A stretch of 64,000 nucleotides of DNA. Origin: Vicugna vicugna. Its lineage: Eukaryota. A program made the translations under genes and the position numbers. Numbering within the stretch: position 1 is the first letter of the stretch; each line of letters begins with the position of its first letter. This document shows positions 13,716 to 25,372 of this stretch, in pieces. The notes below the pieces were generated by a model. That model was given only the letters and a program-made list of their open reading frames with translations. It was not told where the DNA came from and made no database searches. The stretch spans positions 2,418,001 to 2,482,000 of the forward strand of contig MU058444.1 in assembly GCA_013265495.1 (NCBI GenBank). The letters are read 5' to 3'.

Positions 13716-14476
13716 TGTATTATTGAACCAATAACGTCAATGGTGAGCTTCATTCTTGTGGACTTGACCGTTGTCAGTTCCATGAATTTTTTTCAGATGT
13801 AGAAGTTGAATATTCTAACTTGCCCTGTCATACAGCATTTCAGTAGCTTAGCAGTGGTAAATCTTGAGGCGAACATTTGAGTTCAGGGGCAAAACTGAAA
13901 TTTCTGTGAATGAGAACTGCCCTCAGCTACTTCTATGGAACAGTGAATGGCTTTGGAAATTAGCTTTTGCTGCAGACTTGATAATGCTGACAATTAGCTC
14001 ATTAACAAATTACAAGGCAAAGCAAGTAATTACATGGAAAACTTACAATGAGGAGGTAAAGTCATTTCAATAACAACTAAGGTGTGACTCATAATTAATG
14101 TCAAGTGCTTATACACTTCCCCTGCTGTCAGAAGTTAAACAAGAAATGAGATGTTCATCCCCACTCATATCTGCACTGGATATATTTTTCAAGTCCAAAT
14201 TACATTGCCAGCATTGTCTTTCAGACATCAATGCAAATGCAAAGGAAATTTCCATATTTTGAAATACATTTTTACTATGCGATTGAAGAGTTTCCACTTA
14301 ACCTTTAATCAGAAGTAATTAATCCACAAGGTAATGGCACACTGAAAGGCAAATATAAAAGAATTTAACAGAAGTCTATAAAAGTCTACTAAGAGATGAA
14401 TATACTCAGTTAAAGTCATAAACTCATATTGAGAGTTACGGACTTTCTTGATAATGGTTGTATAACATTGTGATTT

Positions 14477-15032
14477 TGAGAAAGAAAGGAAGGGGGCAGG
14501 GCATAACCATTAAAAGAATGAAACAAGAATTAACACTAAGATAGCAGAAGATTCAACTCCTGGTAGACCTTGAGGCCCAAGATGGTGGGAGATTTGACTT
14601 CCAGTAGACCTTGAGTTTCATTATATGTTCATTGTAATATTAACATGGTGAATGACACACCCACAGGCACCATGACAGTTCTGAGGCTGACCATAAAAGG
14701 TCAAAAAGTGGATGATAGCCCAATTCCTGGGAATCCCAGCCCCTTCCCCCAAAGTAGCTGGAATCATCCTCCCAGTTGTTAGCATGTGAAATCACCCAGC
14801 CCATAAAAACTAACAACTCCCACACCTCTTGGTCACTCTCTGGCCTTCTGAGATGGCCTACACTCTGCCTATGGAGTGTGCATCTCTCTGAATAAATCTG
14901 TCTTCTTCGTTCAACTATGGCTCACTCTTGAATTCTTTCCTGTGCAAAGACAAGTATCCTCACTTGATGAGGCATGTCCCAGGGACTCACCTGGGACATG
15001 GCCATCCTCTTGTGCCCCATTTTCCTGTATCA
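14477..15032 (+). mobile_element. Solo ERV LTR
   Basis: TG...CA ends, TATA-like cataaaaa (~14802) and AATAAA (14891). Related to the element at 16231. Confidence 0.75.
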
Positions 15033-16230
15033 AATATACTAAAAACCACTGGACATACTCTTAAAATGGTTAAAAGGGTAAAGATTTATGTTACGTGAAT
15101 TTTATCTCAATAAAGAACATAATAAGTTCGTGGATTAATATCAGTACATGGTAGTCCAGTGTGACTTAATTACAAATACTAAACTTTATCAGTGTGAAAG
15201 ACATTTTCAAGGATAAAATACGTAAAATCTCATTACAAGTCAGCATTAGCAAGTGAGCATTTGCAATTAATTTTGATGGTAGGGAACTTTTGAACTCCAA
15301 TTAAACAAGACGTTATTTTTAAAATTCCATTTTCATTAGCAGAGCTGTCTTAGAAAAGGTTGTACTCCATTATTACTAGTACACATTCAGTTTTATGAAT
15401 AAAATTTCATGAAGATTTATTTTCTCTCTTGCTGATAAGTACCTACATGATACCCTTGATTTGGCCTCTCGGCCTGCAAAGCCTAACACATTTACTATCT
15501 GACCCTTCACAGAAAATGTCTTTGACCTTGCTCTGAGTAAACAGATTCAGATATTCGCTAGGAGGGGAGTTTTTGTCTACGGAAGGTTCATACTTGTATA
15601 TAGCCCTGATTTAAGACTGCTTATGGCAAACACACCCAGAACCTATGGATTTATAACTCCCTGGAGAAGGTCATGTGAGCTATACAACTCAGAGGTATAC
15701 AATGGAGATGTGGCGTAACTTAAACACACCCACTGTGCGAGGTGACCCCAAACTTCAGGGAGGCCCTACCTACCATTCTAGACCACAGAGCACCTATGTC
15801 ATATGAGAAGGAAGAACCTACAAAGCCAGCAGGATGTCCTCAACGTCTCCCCATTCTGCCTGTGCCCTCCCATTGCTGGTATCTTTGAAATTATTAACAG
15901 AACTTAACACTGGATAAGAGCTCTGATATTTGTGAGTGAGGTGTGACAGTCCAGCACGTGTTAGCTGAAGCACTCTTCAGGTATTTGAAAACCTAAAGTA
16001 AGTCTACAAAGAGTCACAACAAACAATTTTGGCAAGGCCATCCCAAATGTTATTTTATGCTTGGAGTAGAGAATGATGACTATCTTTTAAAATAGGTAAA
16101 AGAACCATGTATTCTAAAAGAATTACTTGGTGTAGTTTGGTAAGGGGCATAGTTACTTTCTGTTCAACAGTTCCTTTAAGCACAGTCTCCTCTGTAGTTT
16201 AAGTTAATGATTTGTAATTAAGTATCTTTT

Positions 16231-16720
16231 TGAGACAGGAGAGAAGGGGGCAAGGCACACTCATTAAAAGAATGACACAGCAATTGGGGAAAACAGGATG
16301 AGGCATAAACTGGTTTGAACCAACTTGGCCCAGGATGGCAGAAGGTTCAACTTCCAGTAGACCTTGAGCTTCATTATACACTCATTGTAATACATCAGCT
16401 GCTAAATGACACACCGACAGGTGCCATGACAGTTCCAAGGCTGACTGTAAAAGGCTACAAAGCAGGCGCGGGCCCAATTTCTGGAAACCCCCTTCCTTTC
16501 CCCAGAACAGTTGGAACAATCCCCCCACTTGTTAGCATATGAAACTACCCAGCCCATTAAAAACTAACCACTACCACCACCACCCTTCTCCGGGACTGCT
16601 CTCCCTTCTGAGATGGCCGCGCTCTGTCTATGGAGTGTGCATCTCCCTGACTAAATCCGCTTTCACTTTATTATGGCTCGCTCTTGAATTCTTTCCTGTG
16701 CAAGATGAGAACTTACACTC
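16231..16720 (+). mobile_element. Solo ERV LTR (same family as 14477-15032, 3' end unclear)
   Basis: Shares blocks gaagggggca.ggca...attaaaagaatga, cttccagtagaccttgag, ccatgacagttc, ttctgagatggcc and ctcttgaattctttcctgtgcaa with the upstream LTR. Confidence 0.75.
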
Positions 16721-16937
16721 TCCAGTAATACCTTCATGAAAACCAATCAACGTATGCAAGTAATTAGGATGCTAGGACCAAATGTGCTACATCATGCATA
16801 CACAGCAAGAGCTAGATTTGCTCCTTTTAACCATATTCTACCTAAGAACTATCATCTGCTTTACCAGATTTTGAAAAAAATGATTCTGCCTTAAAATTTT
16901 TATGAAATGTATTGTTGCCTTTGAGGTTTTGTTTCCC

Positions 16938-17068
16938 TTTTTTTTTTTGCTTTGTTTTGTGGGGGTAAGTAATCAGGTTTTTCTTTTATTTAATAGAGGT
17001 ACCAGGGATTGAACCCAGGACCTCATGCATGCTAAGCACGCACTTTACCACTGACCTATACCCTCCCT
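16938..17068 (-). mobile_element. tRNA-Ala-derived SINE (Vic-1 type)
   Basis: ggattgaacccaggacctcatgcatgctaagcacgc is the reverse complement of the SINE body; T-rich tail upstream. Confidence 0.88.
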
Positions 17069-17697
17069 GCCATTTCCCCTTCTTTATGGCACTATTCTTA
17101 AAATTACACCAAAGAAAAATCTTCTATCTCAAAACTTTAGAATTTTCAGAAAAAATACAAACAAATGTCTAGGCATTTCTTATTGCTCTCCCTTGGAATG
17201 TTTTGATCCTGATGAGATCTGCTATTATTAATGTCTTTTTCCTAAAGATACATAACTTCAGTTCTCAGATAATTTGCATAATTTTGTAATATTCCTACTT
17301 TGTTTTTCAGACTCCTCATAACTGATACACAAGAAAAAAACTTAGGAAGATGGGAAAAATTTATACTATTTGATTTTTTAAGTGATAACTGCCTGTATTT
17401 CACATCCTGGAAACATCCTTGGGATGGGGATGAGTTCAAAGACTTCTGAATCAAGTGCAAATGTGTCTTAAATTGGTCCATGGGAGAAAGAACAATCAGA
17501 AGTATAGAGTGAAATAGGTTACCTGAGTGACCGGTGCTATTGTGAAACATAAAGCTGGAAATACATCATATTTCCTTTTGTTTGTTTTTCATTGTAAGGA
17601 AAAACATTAACATTTGGACTATGTCCAGAGTAGCACCATCTCATGAGCATTCCCTTTTCCTACAATTTCAGGAAACCTTTGGTAACTAACTGAGAAA

Positions 17698-17817
17698 ATG
17701 CAGAAGATCTTGCAAACTGAGGAAATTACCAATACTCAAGCTCTCAGAAAAGGGAAGAGGAAACGGACGGAGACAATGGACTCAGAAAACGCGAACAGTG
17801 ACGTGGATAAGGGGCAG
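17698..17817 (+). CDS. BEND6: BEND6 coding exon 1 (aa 1-40, MQKILQTEEITNTQALRKGKRKRTETMDSENANSDVDKGQ)
   Basis: ATG at 17698 with an in-frame upstream TAA at 17683-17685. Translation matches the recalled mammalian BEND6 N-terminus and includes a basic NLS-like RKGKRKR. Donor CAG|gttggt at 17817/17818, phase 0. Confidence 0.95.
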
Positions 17818-18328
17818 GTTGGTGTTCTGTGACCATGGCGTCACTTTATCACCTCTCTCCACCACAATTCCACAATTCCTCGTAATTGATTAGTGTTTTC
17901 CCCCTCTTCTATTTACTCTTCCCTTTAATTCTTTATTCAACTGGAGGAATAAAGTTCCATATCCTCTTTTTAATGTGGAACAAGTTGAATTAGGAACATA
18001 CTCAAAAGACATTTTACCTGCTTCTAGTTGAGTGTGGTCAGTTATGCATTGCTCGAACTTTCCTTGATATTCTGGGAAATTAAGATCAGCAGACTGTCAG
18101 GAAATATTTTTTCCTCTTGCAAACCACTGGAGACGTTGGAACACCTCTTCCAAAAATGTACTGTCTGCTTTTCCTTTTTGATGCCAATTTGTAACCCATT
18201 CTCATCACAGGCTTGGCCAGGATCCCTTTCTTATTGGTGTTTTATTCATTTATTCCTTTTTCACCTGAATCCACCACTCCCATTCTCCTCCTACACTTAG
18301 GAAAAACTATCGATGTGTTTATTCTTTT

Positions 18329-18574
18329 TTTTTTATTGCAGTATAATCAGCTACAATTTGTTGATTTCTGTTGTACAGTATCATGTCCCAGTCATGCATA
18401 AACATACATATATTCGTTTTCATATACTTTTTCATTATAGGCTATTACAGGATATTAAATATAGTTCCCCGTGCTATACAGAAGAAATTTTTTGTATCTA
18501 TTTTTATATACAGTGGTTAACATTTGCAAATCTCAAATTCCCAAAGTTATCCCTGCCCATCCCCTCTCCCCCGA
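18329..18574 (-). mobile_element. Young short LINE-1 3' fragment with TSD
   Basis: Perfect 16 bp TSD atgtgtttattctttt at 18313-18328 and 18575-18590, with antisense L1 3'UTR between. Confidence 0.88.
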
Positions 18575-19151
18575 ATGTGTTTATTCTTTTATCAATGTGT
18601 TTATATCTTTTTCTTTGTGCATCTTTGTACTACATGTAGTGTTTGTGTGCATGTATTTTTGTTTAATTTTTAAAATACATACTCATGGTTTAAAATAATT
18701 TTTTAGTCTTTGAGTATGGTTCTATGGACATTCAGAATGGTCCAGCATCTGGCATCCTGTCTGTCACAGGCTGTCCCACAATACAGCCTCCAAGAAAACT
18801 AGGCTGTCCCAACCCCCTGGTAATAGATTTGTTTACCTTTATACCAAGAAGCTTAGGAAAGCACCAAAACCCTCATGTGAAATGTGCCCAAGCCAAATTT
18901 AAGAAGTTGGTTTGGTGAGACCCAAAGTATCTAGAGGTTTTCTGAAATGAAACATGTCAGCAGGGCCTGTGGTGGCTCTGTGTCTGCTAAGTGTGTCCGT
19001 GACCAGATCACACATGCTTTCCTCACCGAGGAGCTGAAAATCCTCGTGAAAGTGTTGAAGGCACAAGCAGAGTCAGAAAGGTAAATTGAAAATGAAGCTT
19101 TTGAGGGTAATAAAAAAACCGAAAGGCTAAAAAATACATATCCATTTATCT

Positions 19152-19169
19152 GGAGAGAGAGAGAGAGAG

Positions 19170-19202
<33 letters not shown>
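19152..19202. repeat. Compound (GA)n(GT)n microsatellite
   Basis: Direct reading. Confidence 0.95.
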
Positions 19203-19203
<1 letters not shown>

Positions 19204-19479
19204 AGTCTCCCTTAGATCCTGTCCCCAGCCACCCTGTTCCCACCTCCCGCAGGTAAATACATTTACTGCTTTCTTGTTTGTCCTCCCAGGTTTCTTTGTT
19301 CAAATAAAGCAAACATGAATGTAGATACTCTTCTGTCTTTTGCACAAGAAGTAAATTACTAGATATGCTGCTTTGAACTTTGCTTTTTTACTTAATATAT
19401 TTTGACGATCTTTCCATTAGCATGTAAAGAACTCTCTCTTTTTTACAAAACCCTGTTATTTCTCTGGGTATATGTATGC

Positions 19480-19623
19480 TTTTTAAAAAATTTTTAAACG
19501 TTTATTTTGTGGGAGGAGGTAATTAGGCTTATTTATTTATGTTATAATGGAGGTACAAGGGATTGAACCCAGGACCTCATGCATGCTAAGCACACGCTCT
19601 ACCCCTGGGCTGTCCCCTCCCCT
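19480..19623 (-). mobile_element. tRNA-Ala-derived SINE (Vic-1 type)
   Basis: aatggaggtacaagggattgaacccaggacctcatgcatgctaagcacacgctctacc. Confidence 0.88.
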
Positions 19624-22600
19624 CTGCACTGCTCTTTATTTAACCAGTCCCCTAGGACGGATCCGGCTTGTTTCCAATCTTTTTCTTTTTACACGCTGCC
19701 CTGTGGCTACAACCATGTGGCTACATCATTTCGTACATCGTTTAGTACATTGGTATTGTAATGTGCAAGTCAGTCTGTTTCTGATTTTTCAGTCAGCACT
19801 GCTTTTAACATCTGTCTGTATCACTATCATACATGATCCGTTGTGTCTAACACAGCGTAGCGTATTGGACTTATCCTTTCTTCCAATGAGGAAAACCTAG
19901 ATTACCTCCAGTATCTCGGTGCTACAAACAATAACAAAATAAATCCCCCCTTACATGTCTTTTTAAGAAAACAGTGTGAGCACGTGTCTGGAATAATCAC
20001 ATAGGAGGGTGAGTACCTGCTTGCATGACAATGAAATTTTTTTCCAGAATGTCTGCATCAGTCTACATGCCCAGCAGCAGGGCATGAGGGTTTCCTCTGT
20101 TTGTACTTCCCTGCCAACACTTAGTATTTACATCCATATTTCATATTTTTGGCCATTGATGGAAGAAAATGATTTTTTGTTTATTTTTCCTGGTGCAGGT
20201 TTTGCGGGTCCAGTGGTTCCTCCAGGGTAATATAGCCACCTGCCCTTGCAGGCCGGTACTGTGATTTCTTCTGCAATTTGTTTTTCTCGAAAACTGAATA
20301 GCGTTCCAAACTATTTATTTCGATTTGGTTTCAGGGCAAGTAACTACAGCCAGAGATCTCATTTGATCATAAATAAGCCTGAAAACTCTCCTCTCTTATT
20401 AGAGCGGCTCAGCCTCTTTCTCTCCAGCTGAGGGTGGTTACTTAATTGCCGGATCAAACAAAAAGCTTGAAGGTAACGCACTGAATGTGATGCTTACCGA
20501 TGGGGGTGGATTTCAGCGTCTGGTAGAGAGCACTTGAAGAGAAGCTCTTGAAAAAGCCTTGAGGTCACAGTCTCACCTCTCACTATTTAGATGTAGGAGT
20601 AATTGGCTTTTTCAAACCTTGAACACTGAACATTCTTGGACTCAGTTTAGACTGCATGCTGCATTCTAAATGCAGGCGGAAGGAGAAAGCCTTCCATTTC
20701 TGCGAACCAGCTAGCCCTGACAAGACGTTGCTGACACACACCAACATTCTTTCTTTTTCCAAGCTCAGTAAGCACGTGGTCTGCCTTCCAAGGTATTGCA
20801 GGTGACAGTGTTAGCAAATATGTCATCACCAGGGTCTAACAAGAGTCTGGGACCTTCCAGCATGTTACACCTTTGCCCACAGCCTGACCTCTTAGTAATT
20901 CAAACATATGTCAAGTCTTGAGTATCCTGCTTCTGGGTACCAAAACCTGCATTCGTTAGGATGCGTGTTACAAAGACTGTAACAAAGACCCAAATGTAAC
21001 AGTGGCTTATAAAGATGGAAGGAAGTTAATTTCCCTTTCACACAACAGCAGGAGCCGTCCTGGGTTGCTATAGCAGCGCCACAATGTTGAGGATCCCTCT
21101 TATCTTGTTCATCCATCTTCCCTAACTCCCAGCCTCTATCTCTGGGCCAAGGTGATCCTCCAGCTCCCACCCCCATGCCTTCCTCTCTGCCCATGGGAAA
21201 AAGAGACTTCAGGCAGGAGAAGGCAGGCCCATTCCTTCAAAGGTCATGATCCAGCAGTGGTACACACGGTTTCCACTCATATTTGATGGGTGGAAACTTA
21301 GTCACACAGCCACGCTGCACTGCCTGGGAGTCTGGGGAATGTAATGTAGCTGGCAGCTACCTGCTCAGCTAAAATCCTCGTTACATACTGTAACAAATGG
21401 AAGGTCAGATACCTGGAGACAGCTAGCAGTCTCTGCCACTGTCCATTTTCCTACTGAGTTTTTATATACTCTGTGGGATTTCTTGGTCTATCTGGTGGTT
21501 TTCCTGTTTTACTCTTACTGATTTGCACGAATACCTCATCTATTGTAGAACTCAGTCTCTTATGGTTTTAGATTTTGTAGGTATCTTCTCCTGATCTATT
21601 TGTCTATTAACTTTGTCTTCCATTGATGCTTACAAGTGGATTCACCTTTGCTTGATTTCATTTCTCTCTTGTAGGAACTTGCTACAAGAACTAGACCATA
21701 CATTCTCATTTTTTCCCAATTATTCTGCATAGAACTATGATCTCAGTAGGTATCCTTCAGTTTTTTTAAAGAATATTTCTTTTCTTTTTCTTTTTTAAGA
21801 ATATTTCATTTCTATTTAACCAAATCCATCATTTTTTTCTTTAGGATTTGTGTATCTAGGGCAATTACATTAGCTAGTTGCCCACACAGGACAACAGTAA
21901 TTTTCATTACCATTATATATATCTGTCACACACATATATGGAATAATGAAATATATACACATACATAGATTTGTATATGTGTAAAATAAGGATTTAGGTT
22001 GAATGTGTTCATTACCAATCATACAAAAATGTATTGTATTTTCTACAACTGATCTCATCTGGTTTTTAATTCTCCACCCCTGCTTGACAAGAAAGAGGGG
22101 GAAAAGGCTTAAACTTGTCCACTGACAGTGAATTACAGTTAGTGTTCTGGCATTTAAAAGTCCCTTTGAGCTGTTGGTGTAGTTTCAGTCAAGTCAGGAT
22201 TTAAGTCTCAGTGGAGACTAGGTTCTCAGCCTCCCCTGCTTCATGTTTGTTTTTTTTTTTCCCCTGGGAAGTGATTCAGCTTTTCAGGAGTGTTACATAT
22301 CATCCCAGCATCTGGGGAGGGGTGGCTGGTCTTCTGCCCAGGCTGACTTCTCTGCCTGGTTCCTAGGTGTCCAGCGCGGTCAGTCCCTCCAGCATCTCGG
22401 GGTTCTGGTGGCACCAGCGGCTGAAGTTCGCCATGCGGGTACCCACCGCCATTGTCTGCAAAGCTCCAGCACTCCGTGGCCTCTCTGTCTACATCCTAAA
22501 TGACTCCTGTTTCACCAGTTCCCTCAGTACCTACCTATCTCCTGACCGGGACACAGGGAACATTCGGATTCTCTGGCTGCTTTGCACAAGCTCTGGGGAG

Positions 22601-23622
22601 TCTCCATTTGCCTAGACACTAATTTTGGCCATTTCTGATCTAAAGCCCAGAGAGATGTTGCCCTGATGTTGCGGGACACGGGGCCTCATCAGGGAGTTTA
22701 TGATGCACTGAGAAGCACGGAGGTGGCCTCTCATTTCTCTGGGTGTTTCCATCATCTACCCCGACCCCTGAGATCCACCTCCCTTCCTCCTCAAAGGAGG
22801 AGCAAAGACACTGGAACCTGACTTCCTGCCTCTCCAGTTCCATATTCCTCCTAACGCTCAAACCCAGTACTGGATGTCTCTACCCTTCCTTCAGCAGGAA
22901 CCTTCTGGATGCCATGCCTTTATCTCTTCCACTCTAAAGTTTATTTTTATACACTTGATAGCCCAGGCTTCTAGGTTTGGATCTTTATAAATTCCATTCT
23001 GTGCGCCAATTTTCCAGATTTGGATTTATAGAAAGATAAATGCCAGCTTCGTTACTGGAGAAAATTCTTTTCTATTCTTAACACAGCTGGGGTTTTACAA
23101 CACAAACACACACGTTTGCAGGCTATTGTCCTGATGTCCTTAAAAATATTTTTTAAAGTAAAAGGGGAACCTCAGTGCTTGTTCTGGGTGAATCCTCTCC
23201 CTCCTTTGTCTGAGGCAGTGAACCCCAAAGTTGGCCTCATGGCAGAGTCTGGACAGAAAGGCTGTGAATGAAGGTCAGGGGGAGATGGAGGATGGGGGTG
23301 GGCTACAGGATCTGAGTGGCGGTCTGGTTGATTTTCCTCGGTTATACTAATTTTTTACTTTGTATTTTTCACTGAAGTTATGTGGAAAGTCAGGATTCTG
23401 GTTGCTGTCCCACAGGGGATGTGTGCGTGAACCCTTGACGTCCTCACTTGTTCTGAGCTCCCCTGGGTGTGGGAGCTGAGGCTAGGGCACTCGTGGGCCC
23501 AGCTCGGCTCCTGGGAGAGCAGGAACCCGAGGTCTAACGACGTCCCGTCAGCGTACAGAAGGCAGGATAACCACTTTGCGCCGCCTTGATGCTCCCTTTG
23601 TCGTGTCTGCCTTGTGTTTCAG

Positions 23623-23800
23623 AGAGACCCATATTCCGGAAATGCCTTTCTGCCCGGCGAGAGCTCCAGTGAGGATGAACAGCCTCTAGCCGAACTGTCC
23701 AAGGAGGAACTGTGCACGAAAGTAAAGAGCCTGAAACAAAAACTAACGAACACCCGGAAAGAAAACAGCCGCCTTCGACAATCTTTGGTCATGCTTCAAG
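23623..23800 (+). CDS. BEND6: BEND6 coding exon 2 (RDPYSGNAFLPGESSSEDE...RQSLVMLQ; acidic patch plus coiled coil)
   Basis: Acceptor ttgtgtttcag|AGA, donor CAAG|gtaaac. 178 nt, phase 0 to 1. Lies within ORF 23614..23865. Confidence 0.96.
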
Positions 23801-23828
23801 GTAAACTTAGAGAAAACCGACTTTTTTT

Positions 23829-24094
23829 GAAACTGAATTACCTCCCCTCTGCCAAAATAAAATAATTAAGTAATACAATAATAAGTAAATAAAATATTAA
23901 AAAAATCATTAAATTTAAAAAATTGTACAAGACAGGGAGGGTATGGCTCAGTGGTAGAGCATGTGCTTAGCATGCACGAGGTCCAGGGTTCAAGCCCCAG
24001 TGCCCCTCCAAAAATAAATAAGCTTAATTACCTACCCCCTGCCAAAATAAAATAATTAAATACAATAATAAATAAACAATACATTAAAAAATCA
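23829..24094 (+). mobile_element. Composite SINE insertion: isolated SINE tail (~23836-23910) plus full SINE (23933-24094)
   Basis: Two near-identical tails aattacct...ctgccaaaataaaataattaa, enclosed by the repeat ttagagaaaa(c/t)cgac(t/a)ttttt at ~23807-23826 and ~24095-24115. Confidence 0.85.
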
Positions 24095-24224
24095 TTAGAG
24101 AAAATCGACATTTTTGGATGAAAGGAAAAATACATGATGAATGGAAAGTATTGCAAATCAGCCGTCAAGAATTTAAAACTCAGGGTCTTAGATCCCATTT
24201 GCTTATATTTGCTTTTATTTTTAC

Positions 24225-24392
24225 TGTACAGCACAGGGAACTATATTCAATATCTTGTAGCAATTTATGGTTAAAAAGAATATGAAAACTAAGATATGTA
24301 TGTTCCTATATGACTGAAGCATTTTACTGTACACCAGAAATTGACACAATATTGTAAACTGACTATACTTCAATAAAAATTTATTTTAAAAA
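24225..24392 (+). mobile_element. LINE-1 3' fragment
   Basis: actgtacagcacagggaactatattcaatatcttgta...gtaaactgactatacttcaataaaaa. Confidence 0.85.
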
Positions 24393-25269
24393 ATCAGTAC
24401 CTTAGAGAAAGAAAATCAAAAACCACATTTTAAGAAAAGCTGTGATTACATAATTTAATACGGAAGCACTCTATTGAAGCCTCTAGTTTATTGCCTAAAA
24501 AATTTTAGGTTATTCCTACAAAATACCAAATGTCATATTCACTTAATAATGTCCAACAAATATTTATTGAGCATTTAATAAAGGCCTGGAGAGAAAAGAT
24601 CTGTAAGACAGACTATGTCAAGATGTTCACGATGTACTTATCTCGCTCCCCTCTGCTAAGGGAAGCACTAGACAACGGGGCCTGCTGTCATCCCTCATAG
24701 AACCACTGGCATTAAAGATTTTATAGATGACATTCTAGGTTTGGGGGTGGGAGGAGTGGTCTGGAAAATAGTCACATTGCACTGAAGACTTATCAAGGAG
24801 CAAGAGAGGCCTAAGCAAATTCAAAACCACTTGGCATACTGCCCTTTTTGTCGAATCTTATACAGTGTTTAAGTGTTTACTTTTTGAAAATGACGTTTTC
24901 CATTTGTAGTTAAGCATCACGCACTGTTCTGTATAGCTGAATACACGGCAGTTATATCCTCTGTTGGGTAGCATTCTGTGACTAAACAGCAAACGTACAG
25001 AGGATTTTGAAAATACATCCCTCTGGCGACTGTGTAAGGAAGTACACAGCGCCTGCCTGCGGGGAAGGACCACTTTTGAAAGGTATCACGGTCATCAGAC
25101 AACCTGGGTAGCAGCCCAGCCCAGAGCGAGGGCTATGGAAATAAAGAAGACCGTTCCACAAACAGTCTGGGAGGGAAAAATGAGAGGAGACAGGACATTG
25201 CGGTGGGCTAGGTTGACAGTAAAGGCCCGTAAGCTTGTCTACGAGTATGTATTAAATCAAAGGCATCAC

Positions 25270-25372
25270 AGGCAGAGGAACAGCTCAAAGGCAGAGCGCA
25301 TGCTCAGCATGCACAAGGGCCTGGGTTCAATCCCCAGTGCCTCTAATTAACCTAATTACCCGCCCCCACAAA
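25270..25372 (+). mobile_element. tRNA-Ala-derived SINE (Vic-1 type)
   Basis: cagctcaaaggcagagcgcatgctcagcatgcacaagggcctgggttcaatcccc...cctaattacc. Confidence 0.85.

Larger units (their letters stand above)
10487..15530 (+). mobile_element. Fragmented hAT-Charlie DNA transposon (Cheshire/MER58-like), interrupted by later insertions
   Basis: Left end caggg...cctgtttttgta...ataaagttttattggaacac; right end gcctgcaaagcctaa...tttactatctgacccttcacagaaaa. Transposase-like remnants at ~10970-11300 (FKAEWS..YFV), ~13850-14400 (EWLWKLAFAADL) and ~15190-15290 (TFSRIKYVKSHYKSAL). Confidence 0.75.

Noticed and set aside
14477..16720. Intact provirus bounded by two LTRs
   Set aside because: No PBS, gag or pol between them; the spacer contains the hAT right end, and the LTRs are too divergent.
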